Assembly: GCA_964016885.1 (NCBI GenBank)
Contig: OZ024746.1
Coordinates: 87,296,001-87,360,000, forward strand
Reading direction: 5' to 3'
Origin: Eledone cirrhosa
Lineage: Eukaryota
Length of the DNA stretch: 64,000 bases
The notes beneath the pieces were generated by a model. The model was not told the origin of the DNA, made no database searches, and was given only the letters and a program-made list of their open reading frames with translations. How positions within the stretch are numbered: the stretch's first letter is position 1; every line of letters begins with the position of its first letter. The position numbers and the translations under genes were made by a program. This document shows, in pieces, positions 60,630 through 64,000 of this stretch.

Positions 60630-62099
60630 AAGACCAGCAAGAGGCAGACCACCTACCATTACCTCAATGGCCAAGAAAACCCAACAGATAGATGGAACGG
60701 GTGGACCAGAGCCATACGGACACCCGTAAACCACGATGAACTGAAGAAAATGATTGCACATGCGGTAGGGGCCAGCATAAAATTAACCCTTAAGGAACAT
60801 ATGTTCAAATTTAATGGTAAAACATATGCCCAAGAGGAAGGAGCAGCCATTGGTGTTAGCATTGCAGGCGACATAGCTAACTTATTCATGGTATGGTGGG
60901 ACAGTAGACTTAAACAAAAACTTAATGAACAATTAGAAGACAGCTTAACCCTGATAATGTACTCCCGCTACGTAGATGATATAAACATCGTAGTTAAGAC
61001 ACCCCCACTAAAGAACAGTAAGGAACTAGAGAAAAACACAATGGAAAGCATCCAGCAAATAGCAAACTCCATCCACCAGAGCATTAGAGTTACTATAGAC
61101 TACCCAAGTAGACACCCCAACCATCGATTACCTGTACTAGACACAGAGCTCTGGTTAGATACCATTAACAACCAAAAACAAATCCTCCATTCCCATTATG
61201 CCAAACCCATGACTTCCAAACATCTGATCCACCGAAACTCGGCCATTTCGGACCATACCCAAATCAACATACTGATTGCGGATTTGGTACGGGTGATGAG
61301 AAATGTGTCCCGCATGTGCAACCCCGAAGAACTAGAGAGACACATACAACACTTCATCCACCGTATGCAGTTCTCTGGCTACAATCAGAGAGATAGAATC
61401 AGAGTGTATAAAGGAGCCAGAACCAAATGGGAAAAAATGGTAAATAATGACATAAATGGGACCTGCCCCTTGTATAGGAGCAAATTTTGGAATAGAATAG
61501 AAAGAACTAGGAACAAGGCCAATAGAATAAACTCATGGTATGATAGCAATAAATACCAGAGTGTAATGTTCATCAATACAACCCCTAGAGGCGAACTAGC
61601 CTACAAATTTAGAAGGGCCCTAAATAAACATAATCTCAATATTAAGATAGTAGAAAGACCTGGTACCTCCGTAAAAACACTTATTAGCAAGACATACCCG
61701 TTCCAAAGACCCTCATGTATAGATAAGAAATGTATAACCTGTAAAATAAGCCCCCATATTAACTGTAAAACTAGAAATGTACTGTATAGCATAAGATGTA
61801 CTGAAGGACAATGTAGAAACAAAAATATAGTGTACATAGGTGAGACAGCTCGTAGTATAGGGGAACGAATAAATGAACACTGGCAAGACCTCCAAGATAA
61901 TAAAGAATCATCTGTGCTCTACCAACATGCTAAGATAGAACACAGGGGTAGATTAGAGAGCATAGAAATAAAAATAGAATCCACGCACAGAAAAGACGCA
62001 ATGTTTAGGCAAATTACAGAGGCAGTAAGCATAAAAGAATTAAAACCAAAATTAAATAGAAAATATGAGTGGAACAGCAACATCACAACTTACAATTAA
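60630..62099 (+). CDS. PLE reverse transcriptase + GIY-YIG endonuclease (N-terminally truncated)
   Basis: Open frame: FKFNGKTYAQEEGAAIG..IANLFM, RYVDD, LPVLD, FSGY, Cys linker CIDKKCITC..C, VLYSIRC..YIGETARSIGERINEH..RQITEA..LNRKYEW. Confidence 0.93.
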   Translation, partial: KTSKRQTTYHYLNGQENPTDRWNGWTRAIRTPVNHDELKKMIAHAVGASIKLTLKEHMFKFNGKTYAQEEGAAIGVSIAGDIANLFMVWWDSRLKQKLNEQLEDSLTLIMYSRYVDDINIVVKTPPLKNSKELEKNTMESIQQIANSIHQSIRVTIDYPSRHPNHRLPVLDTELWLDTINNQKQILHSHYAKPMTSKHLIHRNSAISDHTQINILIADLVRVMRNVSRMCNPEELERHIQHFIHRMQFSGYNQRDRIRVYKGARTKWEKMVNNDINGTCPLYRSKFWNRIERTRNKANRINSWYDSNKYQSVMFINTTPRGELAYKFRRALNKHNLNIKIVERPGTSVKTLISKTYPFQRPSCIDKKCITCKISPHINCKTRNVLYSIRCTEGQCRNKNIVYIGETARSIGERINEHWQDLQDNKESSVLYQHAKIEHRGRLESIEIKIESTHRKDAMFRQITEAVSIKELKPKLNRKYEWNSNITTYN

Positions 62100-62376
62100 G
62101 GACAAAATGAAAACACACACACACATAGAACAAACAACTTACAATTGAAAACACACACAAAATGAAAACACACACAGGACAAAATGAAAACACACACACA
62201 CATAGAACAAACAACCAACCAACAATAAATAAATAAACAAATAGAAAAATGAACACAAACACACACAGACACCCGGATGTGGCACATGCGCAAACTGAGC
62301 ACACAACACACACACAGAAACAAAATGGCGTAGGATAGAAGAAAGAAAAGGCACAAAAACGAAGAAAGGAATCCCC

Positions 62377-62421
62377 AGTCACTGAAGAGGTCACAGAGTG
62401 TGTGACGAAAGGACTATGACT
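62377..62421 (+). ncRNA. Type I hammerhead ribozyme in PLE 3' pLTR
   Basis: agtca-CTGAAGA-g-gtcac-agagtgt-gtgac-GAAA-ggac-TA-tgact. Confidence 0.78.
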
Positions 62422-62613
62422 ATATATATAAACAACTATCTGGTTTTGGAACCAACCAACCAACCAGAAATTTATAAGTTTGTAGAATTGTAAATTTATA
62501 AATTTATAAATATATAATAAATTGAAGTGAAAGCAACTGGTGCGTGTGTTTCTTATTGGCAACATGACCCTCCCAAAGTATAACAATATATATATATATA
62601 GAGATATATATAA

Positions 62614-62663
<50 letters not shown>

Positions 62664-63210
62664 ATATACATATATATATATATATTTATATATATCTCTC
62701 TCTATCTCTCTCTCTTTCCCTCTCTATCTCTCTTTATATATATATATATATCAAAGGTATATATTGTGTTAGAAACTCAAAATAGTCTCTTACAACAAAA
62801 TAGTTCAAGGAATTAGATTTTTTTCCGAGCCGTATACTATAATTGAATATAAAAGAAAAACGAACACAGATATATACATATGTGTGTTCAAATCGTAAGG
62901 GATCAGATTCGCTAAGGTGAAAAGAATACTAACTATAGACAATAGGGTTTGCCAGCCTCAATTTAAGGATAAATCAAGAAAATAAATACAAACCGGAATT
63001 TAGGTAACTACCAATCACCCAGACAGCGTTGATCAGCTGTCTCGCAAAATTAATTGTGAAGAGGAATACCGATTTTTGCTCATCAGTGGGTGAATAATTA
63101 GTATGCTGGACACTTCTAAGTATATTACAAAATAGAATTGTGTGTGTATATATAATAACGATTTGAACACATATATGTATATATATGTGTTCTTTTTTCT
63201 TTTATATTCA

Positions 63211-63276
<66 letters not shown>

Positions 63277-63279
<3 letters not shown>

Positions 63280-63485
63280 TGGTAACACAACAGTTATTTC
63301 ACTATACCGAGAACAATTGTTTGACCTTAGCGGATCCTCAGCTCGTAATGGACGAGCCGGTTATCCGCTAAGGTGAAACAATTGTTCACGTTATAGTGAA
63401 CTAACTGTTGTGTTACCACTTTTACCTAACTCGTCCCATGGACTGAGTGCTCTACCACTACGGATATTATCTTCCAGTGTTCTAC
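63277..63485. mobile_element. Foldback plus tail with HHR motifs
   Basis: Arms 63277-63345 and 63353-63421; consensus cgag-CTGAGGA-tccgctaaggt-GAAA-caattg-TT-ctcg; tail shared with 56215-56275. Confidence 0.75.
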
Positions 63486-64000
63486 CTCTCTCTCTCTCTC
63501 TCTCTCACTCTATCTCTCTCTCTATATATATACACGCTTTACATTGGTGGTTCAACACTAGGTAGAACTGGCCTCTCCTCGAAGTATATCATGATGTAAT
63601 ATTATGAAAGCATACTACGTTATGCATTTCATCCGCTAAAGATGGATGAGATACATAACTTCGAGTGCTTCCATAATATTACATCACATAAGACAGCAAC
63701 ACGACAGAGTAGTCATTCAGAGACAATCCGCCAGAATCACAACAGGGCATTTAATTACCTCTGTTAATTGAATGCCCTGTTTTCATTCTCGTTTTTTTCT
63801 TTCTCTGTTTTTTCGTAGCTATTATATAATTATTTACTTGGTGATGTCAGTTGGTTTATAGGTAACACTGAAATGTGCATAGTGTTTGCGGCAATACAAT
63901 ATACGTATGTGTGTGTGTATTCATACAATATTTTGGAGTCGCAGGCTTAGAAAATAATTTTAAACATGACGGATTCTTTAAGCTTTTAGCATTTACATTA

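Larger units (their letters stand above)
59762..62589 (+). mobile_element. Penelope-like retroelement, 5'-truncated, with inverted 5' copy of its 3' end (pLTR)
   Basis: 59817-60628 is the near-identical reverse complement of 61772-62589; a 55-nt extra tail at 59762-59816; (TA)n on both sides. Confidence 0.95.

Overview
AT-rich, repeat-saturated animal DNA. The SINE families and massive (TA)n tracts suggest a cephalopod (octopus-like); this is inference. No host protein-coding gene is supported, and almost all ORF-track hits are translations of microsatellites. The window holds two young 5'-truncated retroelements with open frames: an RTE-clade LINE (19148-21121) and a Penelope-like element (PLE; RT + GIY-YIG, 59762-62589). 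It also holds several decayed PLEs, a dead CR1/L2-type LINE, two tRNA-derived SINE families, faint fossils of Helitron, hAT and integrase elements, and a 200-N gap. The main signal is about 35 type I hammerhead ribozyme (HHR) motifs, read by eye, from roughly 20 unrelated short non-coding sequence families. They sit in (TA)n tracts as tandem arrays (310-bp, ~560-bp and ~485-bp units) or as head-to-head foldbacks with consistent polarity. The coding PLE has the same architecture. This looks like a retrozyme / non-autonomous PLE system targeting TA microsatellites. Several cores are variants: a compensatory U3-A8 pair, U10.1-U11.1, and palindromic stem III.
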